A stretch of DNA of 63,940 nucleotides, the filler included, from Rhizaria sp. SCN 62-66 (Eukaryota): assembly GCA_001724265.1 (NCBI GenBank). It is 5 parts of 5 records of this genome, joined end to end, with 100 filler letters (N's around TTAATTAATTAA, not from the genome) between each part and the next. Parts side by side here need not be neighbours in the genome. Positions count along the whole stretch, not along the records: positions 55,892 to 63,940 come from MEDY01000592.1; 4 more parts are not named here. One strand, 5' to 3'. The notes under the pieces are model-generated. The model did not search any database. It saw nothing but the letters and a program-made list of their open reading frames with translations, and had not been told where the DNA came from. Each line of letters starts with the position of its first letter. Positions within the stretch are counted from its first letter, which is position 1. Positions 63,357-63,940 of the stretch are shown one piece after another. The position numbers and the translations under genes are program-made.

Positions 63357-63940
63357 TCAAAGATCTGTGGGAGATATTATCAACAGCATTTGAAAAACCA
63401 GCAATAAGAATGCGGGTGAGAGTAAGAATCCATGTTAGTGATGATTTTTCAGGAAATACTTGCTCTTGCAGCAGATTTTAAGCAGGTTTGTCGCTTGTAC
63501 ATTCTCGTGTGGTTCGCACATCACTCACGGCATCATGGAATGAGAAGAGGCACTATACAGGAGTTCTTAACATCAATTCTCTAACGATCAAAAATAGTTC
63601 ACAATAAATCGAATACATGACTGCATATAGTTCCTCAGCGCGAAAGTTCTTCGATCACAGGTCAAGAAATACCCAATGCAAAAGGTCACCAGAAGTCAAG
63701 GTTCACCGACGTGACCGCAAGGGCCCCTTGGCTATCTGACCACAATTTTTTATTGCAGTTCCGCGGATCTTGGGTGAGCTCAACATATAGTGTTTTGCGT
63801 GTCTGCCCCTCAGAATGTATCAAGAGATTGATATTATTTTGTCTATATATAATTCTCCTTAAAACACCTTTATTTAACACGCATACCTGTCACCTCCGAC
63901 TCTCCCAAAGCTCACCGCTCTTCCTTTCAATGGCGCCACC

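Overview
Eukaryotic (protist-like) nuclear DNA made of five unrelated ~13.8-14 kb contigs joined by artificial 100-nt N/TTAATTAATTAA linkers. Genes: a DYRK1-like kinase, an intron-containing CocE/NonD hydrolase, two tandem papain-family proteases, tRNA-Phe(GAA), an HIBCH/CHY1-like crotonase ending in PTS1, a ~2800-aa RDM1-like protein, partial RPL21 and RPL18, a >4100-aa secreted protein, a >4200-aa nucleotidyltransferase-like pseudoenzyme, a GNPTAB/Stealth phosphotransferase and a GT7 galactosyltransferase. Main observation: four genes on three different contigs carry 10 in-frame TAG codons and no in-frame TAA or TGA. Several TAGs lie inside or between conserved domains, and all seven identifiable gene ends are TAA or TGA. 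This points to a nuclear genetic code in which UAG alone is a sense codon (Gln favoured, Leu not excluded). All 11 inferred introns start with GTACG, and several small conserved proteins are inflated up to about 10-fold by low-complexity insertions. Family assignments come from motif recognition by eye; no searches were run.
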